Assembly (NCBI GenBank): GCA_045599805.1
Contig: JAZRWQ010000133.1
Coordinates: 1-48,123 of the forward strand
DNA: 48,123 nt
Origin: Eubacteriales bacterium
GTDB taxonomy: Bacteria; Bacillota; Clostridia; Oscillospirales; UMGS1783
Reading direction: 5' to 3'
Made by a program: the position numbers and the translations under genes. The notes under the pieces are model-generated. The model was not told the origin of the DNA. It searched no databases and saw nothing but the letters and a program-made list of their open reading frames with translations. Shown in pieces: positions 27,464-36,030 of this stretch. Within the stretch, counting starts at the first letter, position 1. Each line of letters opens with the position of its first letter.

Positions 27464-28237
27464 ATGACAGAAGTTAATGATAAACGAATATGTGTCGGTA
27501 TAAATCCGGTGATTGAGCTTCTCAAAACCGAAACCGTTATCGACAGAATATATATCGCAAATGGAAAAAACAGTCCTCAAATCAAAAGAATAATTTCAAA
27601 CGCAAAAAAGAAAAATATCCCCGTTATATTCACCCATATATCGTCTATCGATAAAATGAGCGACGGTGCTTCTCATCAGGGCGTTGCGGCATTATGTGCG
27701 GAAAAAGAATACTGTGAAGTTGAAGATATAATTGAATATGCAAAAAGCAAAAATGAAAAACCGTTTATAATCATACTCGACGAAATAAAGGATCCGCACA
27801 ATTTAGGTGCAATAATCCGTTCGGCTGACGGCTGTGGTGCACATGGAATTATAGTTCCGAAAAGAAACAGCGCTCCCCTTACCCAGGTCGTTGCGAAAAC
27901 CGCTGCAGGTGCTTTGGAAAATTCCAGAATAGCAAGAGTTGCAAATTTAACATCAACCGTTGAAGCTTTAAAAAAGGACGGCATATGGATATTCGGCGCA
28001 GCCGATCAGGGTGCGAGCGATTATACCGAATGTGATTTTGATTGCCCGATGGCACTTGTTATAGGTGATGAGGGCTTCGGAATAGGAAAGCTCCTTATGT
28101 CCAAATGTGATTTTCTTGTTAAAATACCTATGCTCGGCGCGGTAAGCTCGCTTAATGCATCTGTTGCCGCTGGTGTGCTTATGTATGAAGCTTTAAGACA
28201 GCGAAAAATCCAAAACGGAGGGAATAATAATGCTTGA
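27464..28237 (+). CDS. rlmB: 23S rRNA (guanosine-2'-O)-methyltransferase RlmB / TrmH-family SpoU methyltransferase
   Basis: An N-terminal SpoU substrate-binding domain and SpoU motifs (LDEIKDPHNLGAIIRSA, VIGDEGFG, IPMLGAVSSLNASVA). Confidence 0.85.
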   Translation: MTEVNDKRICVGINPVIELLKTETVIDRIYIANGKNSPQIKRIISNAKKKNIPVIFTHISSIDKMSDGASHQGVAALCAEKEYCEVEDIIEYAKSKNEKPFIIILDEIKDPHNLGAIIRSADGCGAHGIIVPKRNSAPLTQVVAKTAAGALENSRIARVANLTSTVEALKKDGIWIFGAADQGASDYTECDFDCPMALVIGDEGFGIGKLLMSKCDFLVKIPMLGAVSSLNASVAAGVLMYEALRQRKIQNGGNNNA

Positions 28238-30860
28238 TAATGAATTGAATTCCATTTTGGCAGATTTAGAAAAAAATGAATATTCTGATATTCCCAAATC
28301 TCAGAATCCATACCATACATCAGATTTTTCTTTAGATAATATTTTGAAAGAGTACGGCGTGCCCAATCAGCCCAAGCCCGTTCACAAGCGTACCGAGCCG
28401 CCTAAAAAGCCCGCTGAAACTGCGTCAAAACCCAAGCTTAAGTCTGATGTAAAGAATCTTCACCCTTATTATGAGGCGATAGATTCCATTGATAAGGATG
28501 ATCTTATCAGTGAAATATCCGCCTATACTTCTTCGGCTAAAGAAAAGTCAGCAGAGAAAAAGCTCGTTGAGAAAAAGCCTGTTGAGAAAAAGCCTGTTGA
28601 AAATAAGCCGGTTGAGATCAAAAAGGAATCTGCGCCAAAAATCATTCCCGAAACCGCAAAACAGAAGCCTATACCCGTTAACGAAAGCGTTGAAAAGCCT
28701 GCGCATCAACCGGCAAACGGTCCGATAGATTTGTTCAATAATGAAGAAATCGCATCAAGTCTTCTCGCACATAAGCTTGGCTCCACTACGTCCGAAACAG
28801 CTGAAACTGAATATTTAAAGCCGGCATATGAAGAGCCTGCATATAAGGAAATGACAAGAATCTTCACCCCCGAACAGGAAGAGGATTTCAAAATGCGCAG
28901 CGGTTATATAGATCTTGAAGCAATAAAAGCCGCAACTGCAACGGTTAACCTTTCAGAGTTATCGGCGGTTGATTCCAAAGTAAATACCGCGGATATGGAT
29001 ACGAGTCAGCGTGCATTATTCGGCAAAATAGGCAATTTCTTCTCGGATACTGCTTTCAGATATGATACGTCAACCGTTAACGGTCTTCAGACCATGCCGA
29101 GAAAGCGCAGATCCGCAAAAGAAATAAACGAGCCGGTTAAGGCTGAGCCGGATCCCATGCAGGGCGATATTCTTGAAGCAGATGATGTTCCGATTGTTGA
29201 ACAGGAAATGCTCTCTCAGCTTAATCTTACTTTCTTAAAAACGATTATCACGGCGATTATTTCCCTGCCACTTGCGATTTTAAATATATTCCCCGGGATT
29301 CTGGAAGAGATTCTTCCGTCACTTGCTCCGTCCAGTCCCTCTAATTACGCCATTGCAAATTTAACCCTTCTTCTTATAATTGCAATTATAAACATAAACA
29401 TAGTAGCAAAAGGCATTGCGGGACTTTTCACACTTAAACCTACCGGATCTTCACTTGCATCCCTTTCAATTATCGGTTCGCTGATTTATTCGGTATTTGT
29501 TATTGTTGCGCCCCCTGCAAATATAACCATGTTCAGTTTCGTTTCTGCACTATCGGTTTTGTTTGTTCTTATAGGCAAATATATTTATTACAGAAATGTA
29601 TATAAGAATTTTGAAATTCTTGCTTTCGATGCGCCGAAAACATCCTGCGTTATCGGTGACGGCGGCTATTCTCTTAAAGATCTTTATACCCCCGCAAATA
29701 AAGAAACATCCTGCCGCCCCGTATCGCTTCTCACCCACTTCCTTACAAATTCTTTCGATTCCAATTTTGCCGATTTGATATCCAAATTTGCAATAGTTAT
29801 ATCGGTAGTTCTCGGTATTGCCATTATTGTTTACGGTGCGCTTACAAATAGTGCGCAGTCTGCAGTTTCCATGCTGTCTTTGGTGTTTGCCGTTCTCTCT
29901 CCTTTCTGCTACGATATGGCATATTCTCTGCCGTTCAATATGGTATCGAATAAAATAAGAAAGACCGGAAGCGCTGTTGTAAGTTATTCTGCCGCAACCG
30001 AATATTCCAGCACCGATAAGTTTGTACTGTGCGATACCGATTTATTCAAGCCGGAAAATATCGCAGTTCATTCAATGAAAATCAACGGAAATGAGAAGAT
30101 AAACGATGTAATTATTAACTGTGCATCGCTTATCAACGCAAGCTGCAGCCCCGTTTCAGGCGCATTCCTCAATATCCTTGACAATAAGCAAGAGATGCTT
30201 ATGCCGGTTACTGATTTTGATTGGGCACCCGGTAAGGGATATTCGGGCAATATCAATTCAACAAGATATTTCGTAGGCACAAGCCAGTATCTTGCTGACT
30301 GCGGTATTAAGCTTCCCACAATAGATCTTGAAGAAAAGTATAAACGTATCGGAAGACAGGTTGTTATGTTTGCGGACAGCCGTAAGCTGCTTGCAGTATT
30401 CTCGATATCCTATTCAAGAGATGAAGTCATTTATAAGAATCTGCACAAGATAAGTCTTAACGATATGAATATACTTGTACTTACAAGAGACTGCAACATT
30501 ACATCCGAGCTTCTTACCCAGTTGTATGAAATGGATGAAAATGTTTTCCATATCGCATCCAAAGAAGAATTCCAGCGCAATTACAGAAATGACCGTCCGA
30601 TGGAAAAATATCCTGCCAAGATATATTCCATTACGGGCGCAGGCGGTATTACCTCCGCATTGTCAAACTGCAAGAGACTGCTTAATACGGTAAAACTTTC
30701 GGTAATATTCCGTACAATAGCTCTTGCAAGTGCAGTTGTTCTGCTTGCCTATTCCGTTATTTCCGGTAATATAGATACATTGCTTACCGCAAAGAATATT
30801 ATACTTTTCCATATTCTTTGGCTGATTCCGTCCATCTTTGTTTCATTGTTTGCAGGTTGA
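28230..30860 (+). CDS. 876-aa membrane protein: low-complexity N-terminal half plus a degenerate P1B-type-ATPase-like membrane/P-N domain core
   Basis: A strong GGAGGG SD lies 7 nt upstream, and the start overlaps the rlmB stop by 8 nt. The existence of the CDS is well supported. The homology call is by-eye motif alignment (see findings), so the functional call carries lower confidence (about 0.45). Confidence 0.85.
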   Translation: MLDNELNSILADLEKNEYSDIPKSQNPYHTSDFSLDNILKEYGVPNQPKPVHKRTEPPKKPAETASKPKLKSDVKNLHPYYEAIDSIDKDDLISEISAYTSSAKEKSAEKKLVEKKPVEKKPVENKPVEIKKESAPKIIPETAKQKPIPVNESVEKPAHQPANGPIDLFNNEEIASSLLAHKLGSTTSETAETEYLKPAYEEPAYKEMTRIFTPEQEEDFKMRSGYIDLEAIKAATATVNLSELSAVDSKVNTADMDTSQRALFGKIGNFFSDTAFRYDTSTVNGLQTMPRKRRSAKEINEPVKAEPDPMQGDILEADDVPIVEQEMLSQLNLTFLKTIITAIISLPLAILNIFPGILEEILPSLAPSSPSNYAIANLTLLLIIAIININIVAKGIAGLFTLKPTGSSLASLSIIGSLIYSVFVIVAPPANITMFSFVSALSVLFVLIGKYIYYRNVYKNFEILAFDAPKTSCVIGDGGYSLKDLYTPANKETSCRPVSLLTHFLTNSFDSNFADLISKFAIVISVVLGIAIIVYGALTNSAQSAVSMLSLVFAVLSPFCYDMAYSLPFNMVSNKIRKTGSAVVSYSAATEYSSTDKFVLCDTDLFKPENIAVHSMKINGNEKINDVIINCASLINASCSPVSGAFLNILDNKQEMLMPVTDFDWAPGKGYSGNINSTRYFVGTSQYLADCGIKLPTIDLEEKYKRIGRQVVMFADSRKLLAVFSISYSRDEVIYKNLHKISLNDMNILVLTRDCNITSELLTQLYEMDENVFHIASKEEFQRNYRNDRPMEKYPAKIYSITGAGGITSALSNCKRLLNTVKLSVIFRTIALASAVVLLAYSVISGNIDTLLTAKNIILFHILWLIPSIFVSLFAG
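28554..28613 (+). repeat. Four tandem copies of a 15-bp unit (GAGAAAAAGCCTGTT consensus) inside the 876-aa CDS
   Basis: Units at 28554, 28569, 28584 and 28599. Units 2 and 3 are identical. Together they encode EKKLV-EKKPV-EKKPV-ENKPV in frame. Confidence 0.85.
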
Positions 30861-30865
30861 TTATC

Positions 30866-31372
30866 ATGAATTTTGTATTTATCGGTATGCCGGGAAGCGG
30901 CAAATCAACTATTGCCAGATTTTTTGCAGAAAAAACCGGAAGAATCTTTGTCGATACGGACAAGCTTATTGAATCAAAATATAATAACAAACCTCTTCAA
31001 ACTATTCTTGATGAGCTTGGCAATGACGCATTTAAAGAGGTTGAAGAAAATACGCTGTGTGAAATCAATTGCGATGAATATGCCATTGCCACCGGAGGCA
31101 GCGCGGTTTATTCGGAAAAAGGAATGCAGCATCTGAAAAGCATTGCAAGGATAATATTCCTCGATACTGATTTTGACGTTTTACTAAACAGGATTCCGAA
31201 TCCGACATCACGCGGAATCGTTCTTGCGCCGGGTGAAACTCTGCTTGATTTATATCACAGAAGATTACCTCTGTACAATAAATATGCCGATATCATTATT
31301 CGTTCGGGAAAAGAATCCATAAGCGAAACAACTGAAAATCTTATTAACAGACTTAAAAAAGAGGGCTTCTGA
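30866..31372 (+). CDS. aroK: Shikimate kinase
   Basis: MNFVFIGMPGSGKST P-loop at the N-terminus and the GGG-like region ATGGSAV. 168 aa. I prefer the ATG at 30866 to the upstream in-frame ATG at 30818, which lies inside the previous gene. Confidence 0.9.
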   Translation: MNFVFIGMPGSGKSTIARFFAEKTGRIFVDTDKLIESKYNNKPLQTILDELGNDAFKEVEENTLCEINCDEYAIATGGSAVYSEKGMQHLKSIARIIFLDTDFDVLLNRIPNPTSRGIVLAPGETLLDLYHRRLPLYNKYADIIIRSGKESISETTENLINRLKKEGF

Positions 31373-31439
31373 GTTTAGAAGCTCTCTCTTCTTATTGCTG
31401 CATATAATGATATCAAACCCGTTATACAGGAGGTTTGAT

Positions 31440-32303
31440 ATGATTGAAAATGAATGTATAGGTATAATCGGCGGTGATATGCGTATGCAGTATCTTGCCG
31501 AGATTTTTTCAGATTCGGGACATATTGTAAAGCTTGCAGGACATGATTTCAACAATACTTTATGTTCCGATATAATACTGTGTAATGACGTAAAAAATCT
31601 TGCCGATACATCGGATATAATAATTCTCGGTCTGCCCGCAGTAAAACATGGCGAAATAAATACGCCGCTTTATTCGGGTAAAATACTTACCGAAGAACTA
31701 ATTGAAAACTTAAATCACGGGAGTACGGTATATGGCGGCAAAGTGGAAAAAATAACAGCGGATGAATTTAAAAACAATGGGATAAGGCTGATAGATTATT
31801 GCGAAAATGATATGTTTGCATGGCAAAATGCCGTTTCAAGTGCAGAGGGGTGTTTGAAGCTTATAATGGATAATATCAGTGAAACGGTATGCTCTCTTCC
31901 CTGTCTTATCGCAGGTTACGGACGAATAGGAAAAAAACTGTCCGATTTGCTGAAAAAAATGGATGCTTCCGTTACTGTCGCCGCAAGACGTGAAAGTGCA
32001 TTGAATGAGGCATCGGTATTCGGATTCGATACCTGCCGTATTTCGGAAATCGGCAAAAATATATCCGATAAAAGAGTAATCATAAATACCGTTCCGAGTA
32101 TGATATTCAATGAAGATATTTTGAATTCATGTAAAGATAAGCTTATTATTGACCTTGCGTCAATGCCCGGTGGAGTTGATTTTAAATATGCCGGAGAAAA
32201 CGGTATTAAGGTCATTCATGCGCTTGGCATTCCCGGGAAATATGCGCCGGTTACTTCGGCAAAAATAATATATAGCGTCATATCCAATAGTACCGGAGGA
32301 TAA
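31440..32303 (+). CDS. dpaA: Dipicolinate synthase subunit A
   Basis: Rossmann-type dehydrogenase-like sequence with GYGRIGK, paired with dpaB. The AGGAGG SD 6 nt upstream of the ATG at 31440 supports this start over 31395. Confidence 0.85.
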   Translation: MIENECIGIIGGDMRMQYLAEIFSDSGHIVKLAGHDFNNTLCSDIILCNDVKNLADTSDIIILGLPAVKHGEINTPLYSGKILTEELIENLNHGSTVYGGKVEKITADEFKNNGIRLIDYCENDMFAWQNAVSSAEGCLKLIMDNISETVCSLPCLIAGYGRIGKKLSDLLKKMDASVTVAARRESALNEASVFGFDTCRISEIGKNISDKRVIINTVPSMIFNEDILNSCKDKLIIDLASMPGGVDFKYAGENGIKVIHALGIPGKYAPVTSAKIIYSVISNSTGG

Positions 32304-32306
32304 TAT

Positions 32307-32870
32307 ATGAAGATAGGATTTGCGATATGCGGTTCGTTTTGCACCTTTTCAAAGGTGATTCCGCAGATAAAAGTACTTACAGATGCAGGATATGATATTA
32401 TGCCTATAATGTCCGAAATATCGTATTCAACGGATACTCGCTTCGGAAAAGCATCCGAGCATATAGAAAGAATTATGGAATATTCAAAAAATGCCGTACT
32501 GCATTCCATAAAGGAATGTGAACCGATAGGCCCTAAAAAGCTTTTAGATGCGCTGATTATAGCGCCCTGTACCGGCAACACACTCGGCAAACTTGTCGCA
32601 GGAATTACCGATACATGCATAACAATGGCGGCAAAAGCACATCTGAGGAATCAGCGCCCTCTTATCATAGCCGTTTCAACCAACGATGGTTTATCGGCTT
32701 CCGCAAAAAATATAGGCCTGCTGCAGAATTCAAAGAATGTTTATTTTGTGCCCTACGGACAGGATGATGCAATAAAAAAGCCGACATCTCTTGTTGCCGA
32801 TATGACAAAGATACTTCCCTGCCTTGAGTGTGCATTATCCGGCAGACAAATACAACCCATGCTGATATAA
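32307..32870 (+). CDS. dpaB: Dipicolinate synthase subunit B (flavoprotein-like)
   Basis: 187 aa with the GFAICGSFCT N-terminus and APCTGNTLGKLA-like motif typical of SpoVFB. GGAGGA SD. Confidence 0.85.
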   Translation: MKIGFAICGSFCTFSKVIPQIKVLTDAGYDIMPIMSEISYSTDTRFGKASEHIERIMEYSKNAVLHSIKECEPIGPKKLLDALIIAPCTGNTLGKLVAGITDTCITMAAKAHLRNQRPLIIAVSTNDGLSASAKNIGLLQNSKNVYFVPYGQDDAIKKPTSLVADMTKILPCLECALSGRQIQPMLI

Positions 32871-32873
32871 ATA

Positions 32874-32900
32874 ATACCCGGATAGTATCTATCCGGGTAT
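32874..32900. terminator. Bidirectional hairpin terminator between dpaB and folD
   Basis: ATACCCGGATAG-TAT-CTATCCGGGTAT: a perfect 12-bp stem. Confidence 0.7.
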
Positions 32901-32903
32901 CTG

Positions 32904-33749
32904 TTATTTCTGAAGTTTTGCGGCTGTAAGCGTGTTTTTGAGAAGAACGGTAACCGTCATGGGGCCGACACCGCCGGGTACCGGTGTAATGTATTCGGCC
33001 TTATCAAGCACGTTATCAAAGTCTACGTCGCCGTAAAGCTTTTTATCCTCGCCTCTGTTTATTCCGACATCTATTACAACGGCGCCTTTTTTAACCATAT
33101 CGGCTGTAATGAATTTTGCTTTGCCGACTGCCGCAACAAGAATATCAGCCTGAGCGCAGATATTTGCCAGATCAACGGTTTTGGAATGGCAAATGGTAAC
33201 GGTAGCGTTCTTTTTGAGCATAAGCATGGATAGCGGTTTGCCGACAATGTTGCTTCTTCCGACAATAACACAGTTCTTGCCCTCAATTTCGATGCCGTAT
33301 CTTTCGAGCAATATCATAATGCCTGCCGGTGTGCATGGCAGAAAATTATAATCACCTATCATTATTTTCCCGACATTGAACGGATGAAAAGCATCAACGT
33401 CTTTAAGCGGTGAAATTGCGTTGATTACTTCCCTCTCATCAAGTCCGTTCGGAAGCGGAAGCTGAACAAGAATACCGTTTACCGATTTATCATTGTTAAG
33501 TTTATGTATAAGCGAAAGCAGCTCTTCCATTGTTGTGGATTCCGGCAATGCAAATTCAAGAGATTTGATGCCGGCCTTTTCGCAGGCTTTCTTTTTGTTA
33601 TTTACATAAACTTTTGAAGCTGGATTATCGCCGACTATCACAACTGCAAGACATGGCTCATACCCTTCAGCTTTCATTTGAGAAACTTCAAGGGCAATTT
33701 CCTCTCTGCATTTTTCGGAGATATATTTACCGTCAATAATATTACTCAT
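32904..33749 (-). CDS. folD: Bifunctional methylenetetrahydrofolate dehydrogenase/cyclohydrolase
   Basis: Motifs IIDGK, LAVVIVGDNPAS, GILVQLPLP, VVGRSNIVGKP and TPVPGGVGPMT. I chose the ATG at 33749 (GAGGGG 7 nt upstream). Confidence 0.93.
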   Translation of the reverse strand: MSNIIDGKYISEKCREEIALEVSQMKAEGYEPCLAVVIVGDNPASKVYVNNKKKACEKAGIKSLEFALPESTTMEELLSLIHKLNNDKSVNGILVQLPLPNGLDEREVINAISPLKDVDAFHPFNVGKIMIGDYNFLPCTPAGIMILLERYGIEIEGKNCVIVGRSNIVGKPLSMLMLKKNATVTICHSKTVDLANICAQADILVAAVGKAKFITADMVKKGAVVIDVGINRGEDKKLYGDVDFDNVLDKAEYITPVPGGVGPMTVTVLLKNTLTAAKLQK

Positions 33750-34746
33750 TTGATTTCCCCTCTTCATCAGCGACTGTTTTGTTGTTTTCGGAGTTTTCGG
33801 CTTCTTCTTTTGCTAATTCCTCATCGAAATCACCCTTGAAGCCGTACATCGGAACATAGTCATCTTCTTTAAGTTCGCTCTTTTTAGTAGCAACCTTTTT
33901 GGTAGTCTTTTCTTTTGCTTTCTCAATTACGGCTTCTTCATAATCAAAACTGAATACAACGCCTTTTTTGTAGTCGATAAAGCGTACAACGAGAAGATAT
34001 AAACCGATAACGGCAAAGCCTATTGCAACTATCTGCGAAACAGGAATATTTCCCATAACAAGTACGTACTGATTTACACGTAAGGTTTCGAAGAAGGCGC
34101 GTCCGACACCGTACCAAATCATATACATGAGAACGATTTCACCGGGGAATTTTCTCTTTTTGGAAATGTTGTGCAGGATGATAAATCCGATAATGTTCCA
34201 GATGGATTCATATAAGAACAAGGGATGATGTGCCGTTCCGTTTATTACCATTCTCCAGGGCAAGGATGTTTCGCTGCCGAAAACTTCACGGTTTACGAAA
34301 TTGCCCCAGCGGCCTATTGCCTGTCCGATAAGGAAACCAAGTGATGCAAGGTCAAGAATATTTGCAAGCAGTTCTTTTCTCTTCTTACAGAAGAAATAAA
34401 GGAATATTGCGCAGGCGATAAGAGCGCCGAATATCGACAGACCGCCATGGCGTACATCGATAACGTCTTTTAAAGTAGTTATTTCGCCGGGAGGCGCAAA
34501 GAAAACGTAGAAAAGACGTGCGCCGACAATACCTATGGGTACGCAGAAAAGAACGCCGTCAAGAAGAGTATTTCTTGAAACGTGCATGCTTTCGGCACGT
34601 TTATCGGCATACAGATATGCTAAAAGCAATCCGATGCAGATAATGATTGCATACCAGTAAATGGCATAACCGAATACGGATATGTAGTTTTTGAAGTCAA
34701 GTTCGATTCCCAGTCCCGGGAATCCGATAGGCAAAGAGTCAATCAT
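33742..34746 (-). CDS. lgt: Prolipoprotein diacylglyceryl transferase with a charged C-terminal extension of about 70 aa
   Basis: Lgt motifs (YGLLIALG-like N-terminus, GRWGNFVNREVFG, HPLFLYES). The tail after the last TM segment is rich in Lys, Glu and Asp. Confidence 0.9.
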   Translation of the reverse strand: MIDSLPIGFPGLGIELDFKNYISVFGYAIYWYAIIICIGLLLAYLYADKRAESMHVSRNTLLDGVLFCVPIGIVGARLFYVFFAPPGEITTLKDVIDVRHGGLSIFGALIACAIFLYFFCKKRKELLANILDLASLGFLIGQAIGRWGNFVNREVFGSETSLPWRMVINGTAHHPLFLYESIWNIIGFIILHNISKKRKFPGEIVLMYMIWYGVGRAFFETLRVNQYVLVMGNIPVSQIVAIGFAVIGLYLLVVRFIDYKKGVVFSFDYEEAVIEKAKEKTTKKVATKKSELKEDDYVPMYGFKGDFDEELAKEEAENSENNKTVADEEGKSNE

Positions 34747-36030
34747 TTATTTATCCTCCTTATTATATGGATTGACAACGGAAAGCGCCATGCCATCAAC
34801 AGTAAAATGTCGGTTAAGACGCGTTAAACATTCCGAAAGCGTAATCTCATCATAAGTTTTCATATATTCTTCCAAATCCACATCTAAAATGGCTAAATCA
34901 AGCAGTAAATTTGCGATATAACCAGGATCATTAAGACTGCGGATGTTTTTGCCGTATATAAGTTTCTTTGCTCTTTTGAAATCATCTTCGCTGATTCCGT
35001 TTGTTTTGAATTCCGATATTGACCTTATAACGGAATCGCGAATTTTCTTTGGATTTTGCGATACTCCGCTTAACACCGATGCACCAAAGCCGTTGCCGTA
35101 GATATATTCATATTCAAAATTTGAATTTATATCACCTGACGAATACAGTTCTTCGTACAGCTTTGAAGACTTGCCGATAATAAGTTCCAAAATTATTTCG
35201 GTTTGTGCGGCAAATCTTACGGCATTTATACCTGCGGCACAGGATGCATCTTTGAATCCGAGAGCAAACATAGGCATTTCAACGGCGAGGTTTATCTCAC
35301 TGTATGGTTTGTTTACGGTTTCCGGTTCATTGCATGTCTGTAAAGGAATTCTCCTTGACGGACGGTTCTTGAGGAGTTTGTCGCATATCACCAAAACATC
35401 TTCCGGTTTTTGCGGTCCGCATACTACAAGCACCATATTTTCGGGATTATAGAAGGTGTTATAGCAGTTAAACAGCAGCTCCGGAGTTATAACCGAAATG
35501 CTTTCAACAGTTCCCGCAGTGTCTATTGCGGCGGTATTGTTTATAAATAAATCGGTCATCAGCTCGCGAAAAACGCGTGCGCCGGGATTGTCTTCGTACA
35601 TTTTGATTTCCTGCCCGATTATCCCCTGCTCTTTTGCTATGCTTTTTTCGGTAAAATACGGAGACTGAACGAAATCGAGAAGAATCTCAAGTGAGCGCTC
35701 AAATCCGTCGGAACATGAGAAAAGATAGGCGGTTTTATCAAATGTGGTATAAGCATTTGCATCGGCACCGGTTTGTGCATAGAGCGTAAAAGCATCCTCA
35801 TTTTCATTTTCAAAAAGCTTATGCTCAAGGAAATGTGCTGTACCGTCGGGGATTTTTATTTCGGTATTGTTTTCGGACAAACACACCGTATTCATTGAGC
35901 CGTATTTCGCGGCAAAAAGAGCGTATGTGGTCGAATACTCGGGACGGTAAGAGATAACAAGGATTACTCCTGTTTTATGCTTTAAAACGGTATATTTTTC
36001 TTTTGTGATCGAACATATTTTTTCCGTCAT
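34747..36030 (-). CDS. M16-family zinc peptidase, catalytic-type subunit (YmfH-like)
   Basis: Inverted zincin motif HFLEH present (GTAHFLEHKLFE). 427 aa. The start overlaps the upstream partner's stop (ATGA). Confidence 0.85.
   Translation of the reverse strand: MTEKICSITKEKYTVLKHKTGVILVISYRPEYSTTYALFAAKYGSMNTVCLSENNTEIKIPDGTAHFLEHKLFENENEDAFTLYAQTGADANAYTTFDKTAYLFSCSDGFERSLEILLDFVQSPYFTEKSIAKEQGIIGQEIKMYEDNPGARVFRELMTDLFINNTAAIDTAGTVESISVITPELLFNCYNTFYNPENMVLVVCGPQKPEDVLVICDKLLKNRPSRRIPLQTCNEPETVNKPYSEINLAVEMPMFALGFKDASCAAGINAVRFAAQTEIILELIIGKSSKLYEELYSSGDINSNFEYEYIYGNGFGASVLSGVSQNPKKIRDSVIRSISEFKTNGISEDDFKRAKKLIYGKNIRSLNDPGYIANLLLDLAILDVDLEEYMKTYDEITLSECLTRLNRHFTVDGMALSVVNPYNKEDK

Noticed and set aside
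27350-27580. A 76-aa minus-strand ORF covering the polA/rlmB intergenic region and the rlmB start.
   Set aside because: It runs through the predicted rlmB promoter and the 5' end of the rlmB coding sequence. It is extremely AT-rich and has no SD.
28540-28630. A repetitive DNA stretch checked as a possible CRISPR or minisatellite array.
   Set aside because: The units are 15 bp, contiguous with no spacers, in frame and inside a CDS. It is reported as a coding tandem repeat, not a CRISPR.
31399-31410. CATATAAT upstream of dpaA, considered as a sporulation sigma (sigma-E/sigma-K-type CATA...T) -10 element.
   Set aside because: The hexamer is equally a sigma-A TATAAT. No matching -35 element for either sigma class is visible at the right spacing, so I cannot support a call from sequence alone.
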